Origin: an uncultured Nitrososphaerota archaeon
Lineage (GTDB): Archaea; Thermoproteota; Nitrososphaeria; Nitrososphaerales; CADDZS01
NCBI GenBank assembly: GCA_963799845.1
Contig: CAWCYI010000004.1
Span: 1,216,001 to 1,280,000 of the forward strand
Length of the DNA stretch: 64,000 nucleotides
Direction of reading: 5' to 3'
The position numbers were made by a program, and so were the translations under genes. The notes beneath the pieces are model-generated. The model saw only the letters and a program-made list of their open reading frames with translations, made no database searches and was not told where the DNA came from. Shown here in pieces: positions 30,423 to 40,379 of this stretch (the first letter of the stretch is position 1; every line of letters starts with the position of its first letter).

Positions 30423-32747
30423 GTGCGCGAACTACACAAGATCGAACTTTCAAATTATCGAGTTGTTGGCGGAATCGTAAGGTACGAACAGTCCGCAAGA
30501 AATTCGATGAAGGATACAAAGCAACGAATAGTTTCGAGCCTTAGCTCGCAACCTTTCGGATGCGATAATTATCTGATATGGGCACCACCTGGTAGCGGCA
30601 AGAGCTTCTTCGTCCAAGAAATTGCGAGATCGATGGGCAATCTGGTGCAATATAGAGAAATCAACTTGGCTCAAATGAACGAACAAGATTTTCGAAGGGT
30701 GTTATCTGAAATAGAAAAACTGGACAAACCCCGATTGTGCTTCATTGACGAGGTAGATTCGAAACCAACAGAATTGTGGCCGTATGAAGCTCTCCTTCCT
30801 TCACTGGAACCACCTGCTAGTAGAAAGACTGTCAGAACTTGTTTCATTCTGGCAGGTAGCTCAGGCGATTCCCTTTCCGGGATGAAAGCAGGGATAAGCA
30901 AACGCCCAAAGGGAATAGATCTGTTAAGTAGGATTCCGCCGGGCAACGAGTTTGTAATTGAAGGTCTCGGTTTGGGAGATAGGCTGCTTGTAGTATCCAC
31001 TCAATTTTTGAGTGCAGCCAAGGAATATGGTCGTAATATCGATGAAGTTGAAAAGCTAGTTCTTTACTATGTCGCTCTAAATCCTAAACTAAAAAGTGCA
31101 AGACAAATTCGTCAGCTAGCCATCCGCTGCATTGAACGTATGCCCGCAGGCGAGGAGCGGATTAAATTCGATTATCTTTTTGATGCGGGAAATCCGGAAA
31201 ACAAAGAGTTTTGGAACAAATCAGGACAGCTGAGAAACGAATTCGTGAACACGTTTGTAAGATTAGAGGACGATCAAGTCGCAATCAAACCCTCAATTGC
31301 GAAACCAGAAATTATCTCAATCAACAAAGAATCTGTTACTAAAGAAACAGCCATTGGAAGAAACCGAATCGCCGTTCTCCCATTCGCCAATATCAGTCCG
31401 GATCCCAAAGATGAATACTTCGCGGATGGAATGACTGAGGAACTAATATCGACGCTATCTAAGATTCGAGGGTTCAAAGTTATCTCTAGGACTTCTGTTC
31501 TAAGGTACAAACAATCCAACAAAAGCCTCTCGGAAATTGCAAAGGAACTGAATGTCGGAGTTATACTGGAAGGGAGTGTCAGGAAGGCAGCCGACGACCT
31601 GCGGATTACCGCACAGCTAATCGATGTGGAAAACGACGAGCATCTGTGGTCTCAGGATTATAACAGAAAATTCGAGAACGTGTTTTCACTGCAAGCAGAG
31701 ATCGCCCAAAAGGTCGCTGATTCTCTTCAAATCATCATTCTCGCGAAGGAAAGCAGAGAATTAGGAAAGAATCCCACCCAGAACTTGGAAGCTTACACTC
31801 TTTACTTGAAGGGCCGCTCTTACATGCACCGAACAACTCTTGATTCATACAAAAGAGCAATAGATTACTGCGAGCAGGCTATTCAAAAGGATCCGAATTA
31901 CGCTCGAGCTTACGCTGCGATTGCCAGATCTTACACCCATATTGGTTATTTCGAATTTCTTCCGTCGAATGAACCCTTCCTCAAGGCAGAGAGATTTGCT
32001 GAAAAGGCAATCCAACTGGATCCTTCCGTTCCTGAATCCCATCTAGCGCTCGGCCAGTTTCTCCTCTATCATAAATGGGATTTTCGAGGCGCAGAAATCG
32101 AATACAGACGAGCCCTCGAACTTAGTCCCAGCCTGGTGGATGCTCATTTAGATCTCGCACATCTGCTCATGTGGAGTAGGAGATTTGACGAAGCCGTTTT
32201 GGAAACCAAGCGCGCTTTGGAATTGGATCCGCTGTCGGCTTCTACCTGCACATGGGCAGGCACTTGGCTTTATTTTTCTCGCCAGTATGACGAAGCTATA
32301 GAACTGTTCAAAAATGCTATCGAACTGGATCCGAACGCAGCTTTAGCCCATGAGAATCTGGGCTGTGTATACGTCATGAAGGGAATGATTGAGAAAGGAA
32401 TTTCTGAAATCAAAATAGCGATAGAAATGTCTGGTGGGATTGATGTGACACAAAAGAACGATCTTGCCTACGCCTATGCCAAAGCTGGGAAAATCGATGA
32501 AGTGAAGAACATTCTTACCGACTTGCTTAGGATGAGGGAACAAGGTTACAGGGAGGAAGCAGCGATTGCTGGAGTTTACGCGACTTTAGGTGAAAATGAC
32601 AAAGCGCTCGAGTGGCTGCAGAGGGCTTACGATCAACATCTTAGTTATATTCTCATTATCAACACCGATCCTACTTTCGAAGCCCTTCGTCCAGATCCCA
32701 GGTTTCAGGCTTTGTTGAAGAGAATTGGATTTCCCGATGCGGACTGA
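30423..32747 (+). CDS. AAA-type ATPase + TolB-like domain + TPR repeat protein
   Basis: Walker A APPGSGKS, Walker B CFIDEVD; IAVLPFANISPDPKDEYFADGMTEELI; multiple TPRs; ends DPRFQALLKRIG. Confidence 0.9.
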   Translation: MRELHKIELSNYRVVGGIVRYEQSARNSMKDTKQRIVSSLSSQPFGCDNYLIWAPPGSGKSFFVQEIARSMGNLVQYREINLAQMNEQDFRRVLSEIEKLDKPRLCFIDEVDSKPTELWPYEALLPSLEPPASRKTVRTCFILAGSSGDSLSGMKAGISKRPKGIDLLSRIPPGNEFVIEGLGLGDRLLVVSTQFLSAAKEYGRNIDEVEKLVLYYVALNPKLKSARQIRQLAIRCIERMPAGEERIKFDYLFDAGNPENKEFWNKSGQLRNEFVNTFVRLEDDQVAIKPSIAKPEIISINKESVTKETAIGRNRIAVLPFANISPDPKDEYFADGMTEELISTLSKIRGFKVISRTSVLRYKQSNKSLSEIAKELNVGVILEGSVRKAADDLRITAQLIDVENDEHLWSQDYNRKFENVFSLQAEIAQKVADSLQIIILAKESRELGKNPTQNLEAYTLYLKGRSYMHRTTLDSYKRAIDYCEQAIQKDPNYARAYAAIARSYTHIGYFEFLPSNEPFLKAERFAEKAIQLDPSVPESHLALGQFLLYHKWDFRGAEIEYRRALELSPSLVDAHLDLAHLLMWSRRFDEAVLETKRALELDPLSASTCTWAGTWLYFSRQYDEAIELFKNAIELDPNAALAHENLGCVYVMKGMIEKGISEIKIAIEMSGGIDVTQKNDLAYAYAKAGKIDEVKNILTDLLRMREQGYREEAAIAGVYATLGENDKALEWLQRAYDQHLSYILIINTDPTFEALRPDPRFQALLKRIGFPDAD

Positions 32748-32777
32748 TTGGTTATCTGCTTTTTCCCAGTTAATTTT

Positions 32778-32840
32778 TTCTACTCGCTTTTGCTCTCCAG
32801 AGCAACTCGCAGTATAATCGAACAATATCACTAGTATCTG
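32778..32840. repeat. 63-bp dispersed repeat, copy 1
   Basis: 58/63 identical to 37116-37178 by manual comparison. Confidence 0.9.
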
Positions 32841-32906
32841 CGCAAGCAAAGATCATGTAATATAGAAGTCACCCGAGAATTTTTATCCCGCTAGCACTAG
32901 AAACTG

Positions 32907-33255
32907 GTGGCAGAACAGGGCACAAAATCGCGGATGGCACAAACAAAAGATCTCAAACTTCCCGAAGGAGGAGAGAAAACAGCTTATCGATTTCCCGATT
33001 GGCTACTTTTTCTAATCTCGGCGCTTGCAATTTTGTTTTCGCCATTCGGAATCGGGGTGATTGTTGTAGGGTTTCCTTTTGCGCAAAAACTTTCTATTTT
33101 CTGAGGCGCTTGAGGCAATTCTCTTCATCGTGGGAGTTATTCCGTTTTTTACTCTTCTGAGCAGAGGAAAGTACGCTCTTGCCATTCTCCTAGTGATTTT
33201 CGCAATTATTGACATAGGACTTCTCTTTTGGCTCTTCATTTCCATACTGCCGTAG
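32907..33255 (+). CDS. Small membrane protein (frameshift near 33085)
   Basis: Removing one A from CAAAAAC continues the frame NFLFSEALEAILFIVG...ISILP*, three hydrophobic segments. Confidence 0.6.
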
Positions 33256-33360
33256 AGTTACCAAAGCCAACTACCCATCGATTATTGACAGCGAGAAGAT
33301 CCGGGCTTCGCCTTCGCAAATTAGACAGACCTACCTATGCAAAGTATCTGAAGTCTTCAG

Positions 33361-33385
33361 TAATTTGAAACGGAATTTCTTACTG
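33361..33385. repeat. Short dispersed motif, possible IS-end remnant
   Basis: TAATTTGAAACGGAATTTC also at 36466-36484; GAATTTCTTACTG also at 37003-37015. Confidence 0.7.
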
Positions 33386-33489
33386 ACAGCCAGTGATCCG
33401 CGAACCCGGATAAACTTTCATCCCTGAACGGTTCTTATCCCTGACCGTTTAATAGCAAGCAGTTTGAGAATTACCACGATATCTCTGAA

Positions 33490-33747
33490 ATGAATGTCAA
33501 CTATCTTGGTGGAATTACTGCCGTCTTTGCTGGACTATTAATGGTCGCTTCATCAATTGCTTTGAATTATCTTCAAAATTGCTCGATTTCTAATCCCTGC
33601 CCAGTCGGTAGCTCTGTGATAATGGACTTGAATTACGTGGCGGGGTCGGTCATATTTTCTCTCGGATTATGGCAGATCGGGCATGAGCATAATCGTAGAA
33701 AATCATCGGAAATCGAACAACCGACAAAAAATGAGATTAGTCGTTAG
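33490..33747 (+). CDS. Small two-TM membrane protein
   Basis: Two hydrophobic helices flanking a Cys-pair loop (CSISNPC). Confidence 0.6.
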   Translation: MNVNYLGGITAVFAGLLMVASSIALNYLQNCSISNPCPVGSSVIMDLNYVAGSVIFSLGLWQIGHEHNRRKSSEIEQPTKNEISR

Positions 33748-34053
33748 AACTGACGAAACAAACCTTATCTGAATCCTACTCCCCTGATCATGAGCTGTTC
33801 TTAACACGAACATGAATTTGGCGTATGAGCTACTATCTTAACAAAACCAAATTTTTGGTTCTTTCAAGTCTTCGTCAGCTAGACGGTTTTTCGCCAAAGT
33901 CCACGCAAAAATCACGCTGTCAAAGACCGTCAGCTGACCTAAGTGAATCAACTAATGTATCACTGCGTTATATGAGGTAGCGTTAATTCGGATATCTCTA
34001 AAGCCCACAGAGTTTGCTACTACAGCGGTTATTCTGTAGTTGCAAGCAGACTC

Positions 34054-35044
34054 CTAACTTGCGTCTGTAGTCTGCCAAGCAGCGCCGGGATAACCGAAGT
34101 ATGTGAATTGCAGACTAGAGTCAAGGCCATAAAGCCCGGTGGGTAGGGGGAGAATAAATGGAGTCGGCAATGACTCGCCATCTGTCAAGTCCACAATGCG
34201 CGAAGGAGTATTAGTGCAGCTACCACTGTCTGCTACGTACAAATGCGGACTACCCGACGGATTGCGGTTGCTGACAGCTGATGCTGTCTAGCTGATCGCC
34301 GAATGAGGCAATTAACGAAAGACTATTCGCCGTCCCCTTCCAGACTTTGCCCGCGCAGCTAGACTCAATTATGTAGAACGTCGACCCATGGAGGAACAAT
34401 CCGGTAGGACTGTAACCCTTTAGAGCTGAGCTGGATGGCAGGTTAGAGCAGGACTGATAGCCGCTAGAAGACGTGCACTCTACGAAATTCGCAGTTATCG
34501 AGTCAACGTAGTACAGGTTTAATGACATATCCAATGCGGCTCCCATGGGAGAGCAGAGAGTAGCGCTCGGGCAGAAACTAGAGGGGAGGGTAATGAAAGC
34601 ACTCTTCCTGCCACAACCGGACGTAGTTGCATCCTTGCAAATCCACAGCCCCCGCAATAGTTCGCTCATAAGCGCAATTACTAACCCAGAAGTCTTCGTC
34701 CTAACCTCTCCCATCCCATAATAGCCTTCGCCAGCTCCACCTAAAGGAGCCCTAGCAACAGTCTTCGGAACTCCGCCCCCACAGAAGAGAATACTCCCCG
34801 TATCCCAGTCCTCTACGAATGCACCGCCTGGTGCAGGAAGTATTTCGCCTGCTGTGTCGGTATTTGAGATAGGGGCACAGATGGGGCGCACTCCGCTTGC
34901 GTTTGCCAGCGTAAGTGAAATACTACTTGTCGAAGTGGAAGCTGCAGTTGATACAGATAGCGATGTCGAGCCCAAAAGAAATACAATCAACAGTCCCGAT
35001 GCAAGTCCAACTTTTGAATACGAATGCATTGTCATGAGAATCAC
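34054..35044 (-). CDS. Secreted Cys-rich beta-propeller-like protein (frameshift near 34278)
   Basis: Signal peptide; PMGAALD..LNLYYVD, PTGLF, LYVAD, LPTGLYGLDSSL repeats; ORFs 34250..35044 and 34054..34242 join on removing one base. Confidence 0.7.
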
Positions 35045-35077
35045 TTAATGGAATCGAACGGTTGCTTTTCCTTTCCG

Positions 35078-36235
35078 CTATGACGATATTACTGAAACGA
35101 TCCCGCTCACTTTTGTTAAGGGCGAGCCGACCTGACTCACGTACACATTCGAGCTAGCCAGACTGTAAGTCATTCCCTCCGGCGAAAAGGTACCCGAGCT
35201 CACCGTACTTAGAACAGCATTTGCTGAATTTAACACAAAGGCCGAAAATGAGTGCGTAGTCGAAGAATAGTTTGCGACATACAAGTCCTTATTTGATGTG
35301 TCGTAGGCTAGGACATTTGGCAGAGGGCCCACAGCTCCAGTGAAATCCTGAGAAATGGTGGCGACGATTTTGTTGTTTGTACCGATTGCGTAAAGATTTG
35401 GCGAACCCACAACGTACACTTCACTGTTTGCAGGATCGTAGAGCATAGATGATTGTGACCCGATTCCGTTGATAGTCGCGACTTGTTTGTTTGTAGCTCC
35501 GTCAACGACGTACAGATCATTCGCTTCAACGTATATGTTATGGTTTGCATTGTTGTATACCAAATCTTGGAGGGCGTTCGTGGAACTTGCTGGCGGTAGG
35601 AAATTTATCGTCGAGAGTACAGCGTTCGTAGACGTGCTGATAACTGAGACATTAGTCTCGCAAGCGACATACACATCCTTGTTGGAAGAGTCGTAGACTA
35701 ACGGCCCAGGTGAAAAAGCGGCACTCACGGTATCGACGACCTTGTTAGTCGCTCCGTCGATTATGGAGACCAGATTTGATCCGTAGCTCGTTACATAGAC
35801 ATCTTTGTCGGAGGGTGCATAGACCAGAAACCTTGAGCCTCCGAATCCACACACAGCTAGATTCGCGACAACTTTGATACCATTTAACACGGCGACTCCG
35901 CTATCTGTGGTCACATAGATTTCCTTGTTCGAAGGATCGTATATCAACGCCCTAGGGGACTGACCAACAAGAACTTTGGCAATCACCTTGTTTGTGATAC
36001 TGTCAATAACGAAGAGTTTTCCTCCCCCGCCGTCAATGGCAAGATAGACGTTCTTATTTGAAGGATTGTAGACCATCAGACCTGGATCGATTCCCACTGA
36101 AAGTTGGGTGACGACGTTGATGTTTGTCGATGCCGCAAAGGAAGTTGTTGCAAGACCGGGTATAGCCAAGAGTGCAAGCAGTGACAAAAATACAATAATT
36201 CTAGAATGGACTATTGAGAAAAGGAAGCGTATCAC
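35078..36235 (-). CDS. YncE/YVTN beta-propeller secreted protein
   Basis: Repeated YDPSNKEIYV / VSIIDGATNKVV units; signal peptide. Confidence 0.9.
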   Translation of the reverse strand: MIRFLFSIVHSRIIVFLSLLALLAIPGLATTSFAASTNINVVTQLSVGIDPGLMVYNPSNKNVYLAIDGGGGKLFVIDSITNKVIAKVLVGQSPRALIYDPSNKEIYVTTDSGVAVLNGIKVVANLAVCGFGGSRFLVYAPSDKDVYVTSYGSNLVSIIDGATNKVVDTVSAAFSPGPLVYDSSNKDVYVACETNVSVISTSTNAVLSTINFLPPASSTNALQDLVYNNANHNIYVEANDLYVVDGATNKQVATINGIGSQSSMLYDPANSEVYVVGSPNLYAIGTNNKIVATISQDFTGAVGPLPNVLAYDTSNKDLYVANYSSTTHSFSAFVLNSANAVLSTVSSGTFSPEGMTYSLASSNVYVSQVGSPLTKVSGIVSVISS

Positions 36236-36487
36236 AGGGTGTAGTATCTATTATGGGTACTATTTGAGTCAGTAATATCGATTATCGATAGAGAAATCTT
36301 TCCCTTCTTGTAAGTCACTTAGAGAGTTATACTCCATTTCCAGCCTAGGAGTAAAAGTGGGGCCAACTATATCCGCGGTAAATTGGTGGGGGGGATTTAG
36401 TTGGCAGAGTCGAAATTGCCGCATGATACTGTTACAGGTAGAAGCAAATATGTCTAGTCTTTCGATAATTTGAAACGGAATTTCCTT

Positions 36488-36625
36488 GCTACTTATCACA
36501 ATTTCATCCAAGAACATGAAGGGCTAGAATGCAAAACTCCGGCTGAAGCTTCGGGAATCAAAGTAGAAGGTCAAAACAAGTGGATTGCTTTGATTCAAAA
36601 CGCGAGAAAGGCAAAAGATCTCTAG
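36488..36625 (+). pseudogene. C-terminal remnant of a DDE (IS6-like) transposase/integrase
   Basis: Manual translation ATYHNFIQEHEGLECKTPAEASGIKVEGQNKWIALIQNARKAKDL*. Confidence 0.75.
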
Positions 36626-36684
36626 GGCTCTGATAGCTGGAAATGAACAAGGTGTAAATCTCGGATGCCCTGAAGAAAACAGCT

Positions 36685-36966
36685 ATGCCTCAAGAAAGGC
36701 TACACCCTGATTATTCTATGGCAACTGCTCTGATATTTTTTGGTGCGGTTATCCTTGGTTTTTTGCTTTTAATAGCTACAATCGGAGGAGTAAACGATTG
36801 TGGAAACTCTTGTCAAGGAGTTCTTGTGGATCTTTTTTCGAACGCGTTTGGCAACTATTATGACGCAGGATTATTGGTTCTATCCTTGATTCTTTTAACT
36901 GGAGGATTAATTTTAGCAATTCGAACACATCGATCACTCCATAAGAAACCTTTGCAGAAAACGTGA
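36685..36966 (+). CDS. Small two-TM membrane protein
   Basis: Two hydrophobic helices flanking CGNSC loop; basic C-terminus. Confidence 0.65.
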   Translation: MPQERLHPDYSMATALIFFGAVILGFLLLIATIGGVNDCGNSCQGVLVDLFSNAFGNYYDAGLLVLSLILLTGGLILAIRTHRSLHKKPLQKT

Positions 36967-37115
36967 AGGAAACCTTAGCCGTGTTAGCCTAGTTAACAGT
37001 CAGAATTTCTTACTGGCGTCTTTAACTAAGTTACCGGAACCAAAATTAGCTTTCTTTAATTGTCATAACGTGAGTAACAATTCCGATTAGACACAGATAT
37101 TCTTTCCGAACAGCA

Positions 37116-37178
37116 TTCTACTCGCTTTATCTCTCCAGAGCAACTCGCTGTAGAATCGAACATTATCACTAGTATCTG
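37116..37178. repeat. 63-bp dispersed repeat, copy 2
   Basis: Matches 32778-32840. Confidence 0.9.
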
Positions 37179-37431
37179 AGCCTGAACTTCATTGTTTCGT
37201 GTCCAACGTACTACTTTGGTTTGGGTTTTGAGCTTACGAACAAATTCGAGAGAATATTCGCATCTATTATGGCACAGAAATTTTGGTTACGCTAAATTAA
37301 CCCAATCTTCTGGAAAATCGAGTTTCTCTTTCTAAAGACCGACAACGCTTTCTCTCAATTCGGGTTTGGATTTGTGAGAGAGCTCATCATGTTGTCTCTC
37401 TCCCAGCACGATGGCACTCCAGAATAACCCT

Positions 37432-37884
37432 CTAATCAATGATTGGCGGACAACTAGGGCGATCTTCAACCGTCGGAGCGACGCAGTAGGTGGAATTGTT
37501 GGTTATTACTACGCTATACCATTGGCAGGGCAAGTCATTCGAACAGTCCTCGATCTGACCGACAAAGGCTGTCACCTTGCCATTAGACCATTCCTCGATG
37601 GAGGGAGGAGGATTCGTTGATGCAACGCAGTCAATGCCCAGACCTGCATCTGGACAGATATCATTGAAATGCTCCGTCGTATTGCCGACGTAGTGCCACG
37701 CACTTCCGAATTGGATCTGATTGGAGTTGGTTACCAGCTTTTGAGTGGTGATAGACAAGTGCGTTTGATTTACAGACGAAGAATTTGATAACGCTAGATA
37801 GGTGAAGAACACCATTAGGAGAACCCCGATAACCGAGAGAGATAACAGCAATCTGAAAGAGCTGATTGCAACTCCCACGTTCAA
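37432..37884 (-). CDS. Membrane-anchored exported hypothetical protein
   Basis: N-terminal TM then Cys-containing soluble domain; the track's ATG (37923) lies within the IS630 TIR, so the native start is likely TTG 37884. Confidence 0.6.
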   Translation of the reverse strand: MNVGVAISSFRLLLSLSVIGVLLMVFFTYLALSNSSSVNQTHLSITTQKLVTNSNQIQFGSAWHYVGNTTEHFNDICPDAGLGIDCVASTNPPPSIEEWSNGKVTAFVGQIEDCSNDLPCQWYSVVITNNSTYCVAPTVEDRPSCPPIID

Positions 37885-37910
37885 ACTTTCTCCTGCTGAT
37901 AGCTTTGCTA

Positions 37911-39034
37911 ACCTGGCCGACATAAATTATTAGACTGAAAGGGCCACAGACCTAGACATTCTCATTTTTGGCCAACTTCCCTTCCTATCTCAGGTTGTAT
38001 GTCTCGATTACAGGCACCGAAGGAGATTGTTGAAGAGGCTTATAGAGAGGAGAGGGACGCAAACGTAAGCAAGAGGATATTCCTCGTTCTGAAGGTCAAG
38101 TACGAGGGTGTCCCGGCGTCGCACGTAGCAAGGGAAGTTCACCGGCACAAATCATGGACGACACCGTGGCTTAGACGTTTCGAGAAAGATGGGCTAGAAG
38201 GACTCAAGACGATGGAAAGGAGCGGGAGACCTCCGAAGCTCGATCACAACAAGTTCATTGCGGTGAAGAGGAAGGTCGTGAAGAACGAATGCGGCTGGAC
38301 CGTGAAGGAGGTCAGGGAGATGATCCGCAAGGAAGCAGACGTGGCATACACTGAGAGACACATCTACAGGTTGATGCAGAAGTGGGGAGTGAGAGCAATT
38401 GTCCCTGACAAGAGGTTACTTCACAAGGCTTCCCTCGAAGAGAGGCTCGAATTTAAAAAAGGACCGCAAGACTCCTCAGGAATATCCCGGAAGGCTTCAC
38501 CGTAGCATCCGAAGACGAATCAATCTTCGTCCAGAACATAGAAACCAAAAGGGTGTGGGCGGTCAAAGGGATTCGACCGATTCGGATTGTGTCAGGCTCG
38601 CACGGCAACACCGTGGTGTTTGGAGCGATCAGCCTGGACGGGACACAAATCTTCAGGCAGTACGAGAAATTCAATGGCGAGACATTCCTCGACTACCTGA
38701 AGAAGGTGCACAGGAAGTTTGGATCACTCTATCTCTTCCTTGACAAAGCAAGGCAACACCACAAAACCAGGATCGTAACTGATTATTTGGGTAAGAACAG
38801 GAAGACTCTCAGAGTCAGATGGATCCCGACAGCTTCGCCAGAGTTCAACATGATGGAGGAGTGTTGGCGCGAGGGTGAGAAGGATCTCTCAAGGCTTCCA
38901 ACCTTTCCGACGTCATTGAAAGAACTGAAATCAATCCTGGCAGAATACTATCGAACGCGAAGGTTTTGCTCGCATCTTGACATGAAGAAATTCCTTCTGA
39001 CCAACAGGTGTCTATGAACTTATGTCGGCCAGGT
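37911..39034 (+). mobile_element. IS630-family insertion sequence
   Basis: Perfect 15-bp TIRs ACCTGGCCGACATAA (37911-25, 39020-34) flanked by TA on both sides. Confidence 0.95.
37999..39017 (+). CDS. IS630 transposase, OrfA/OrfB joined by -1 frameshift
   Basis: HTH OrfA (WLRRFEKDGLEGL..RSGRPPKL); TTTAAAAAAGG at 38452-62; -1 frame has EDES, FLDKA, SPEFNMMEECW. Confidence 0.92.
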
Positions 39035-39378
39035 TAAATCAGCCCGTTTGAAGCAGCTTCAATCATCATTGGGTCTGGGATTTAGTAAGTCCCATCGCTC
39101 TTGACAATGAAACCAGAGTCGTGATCTTCGAAGTCACCCTCGCGATACATGGAATATCTATAATCAACGACCTAGTGTACTCTAATAACTTACCAAATTC
39201 GCTATCCAGCCATATTCTTACTCAGAAATCAGGTTAGGTTTTTCAGCATTTAATGGCTACGTGATTGAGCCATTAGAGAGAGAAGGACTATGGATATCCT
39301 CGAACGTGCACCTTTTCATGTGGATGACAGTCGGACTAAACTGATCGTTAGTGCTAAATTGCAGATTTGAGAATATGG

Positions 39379-40023
39379 TCAAGACCGCTCATACAGCTTG
39401 ACTACTAGCGGCTTTACTTTTCCTGCGTTAGTCTCGGCTTTGTCGCTTGGACAAGCTGAGATAGCGACTAAGCAATCCATTTCTGCAGCCATATCAATAT
39501 AATCAGATTTCGTTGCGATTGGCGGCTTGATTATCATGTTATTACCTTCAATCGCCACATTCATGAACACATTGAAAACGTCTGGGATATCATCCGGAGA
39601 AATATCGTATGGAGCTAAGACTTCATCCAGATTGGTTTGACAGCTTCTATGTGGAGGGACGGCGATCTTATCTCTCAATCCATATATCATTCGGCTGCAT
39701 CTTGCTCCGCTCCAAGCCAAGTGAACTTTCGTTGTGTCAGCGATCACACTAAAAAGAACATTCTCTCTCGATGGCTGAGAATAGAACTTTGTCAGATGCT
39801 TTAGGTCTCCTACTCCTTCTATTTGATTCAGGACAAGGCTCTGGCTAGCATTGAAGCGCTCCTTGTGATCATTAGCATTAAAAATCGCCACGTCACCGAC
39901 CTGATAACCTTCAACTTGACCAATTCGCATTACCTGATCTTTCCTTACAATGAATGCTTTTGCGAATCCCCCCGGAATCATTATTTCGCTAAATTGATCT
40001 TTCGGCAAGCCTTTCACAATCAC
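39379..40023 (-). CDS. Urea carboxylase-associated (DUF1989) family protein
   Basis: EGYQVGD, ARCS, HRSCQTNL, FNVFMNV, AEMDCLVAISACP. Confidence 0.88.
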   Translation of the reverse strand: MIVKGLPKDQFSEIMIPGGFAKAFIVRKDQVMRIGQVEGYQVGDVAIFNANDHKERFNASQSLVLNQIEGVGDLKHLTKFYSQPSRENVLFSVIADTTKVHLAWSGARCSRMIYGLRDKIAVPPHRSCQTNLDEVLAPYDISPDDIPDVFNVFMNVAIEGNNMIIKPPIATKSDYIDMAAEMDCLVAISACPSDKAETNAGKVKPLVVKLYERS

Positions 40024-40379
40024 TACAGCGACAAGAACCTGGCTATAAGTAATTAACTTATTTACTTCTACAACTTATGATCTCTTGCGTCACGTCTGGA
40101 ATCACATAGATGGCCAAAGTAGTTTCATCAGTTGAATTGATGAGCATGGGAATTGAAAGGCGGAACTTTTACAGGTTTCTTTCTGTCGCAAGAAAAAAGC
40201 GCTGACATAAATTCTCGGAAATGTCTGCCGACGCTTCCAACGAAGCCTTCGATTAGTTTTTTGAAGGCTTTGATTTCCTAAAAAGAATTGAAACTTAGGC
40301 TAGTCAAGTTTGCAGAGTTGTCAGATGAATAATAAGATTGGCCGCTAACTTCTTCACCGAGTATGTATTTGATAGTATT

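Noticed and set aside
38452-38462. Split transposase as a novel recoding event or error
   Set aside because: -1 frameshifting at an A-rich slippery site is well known in IS630; recorded as a feature
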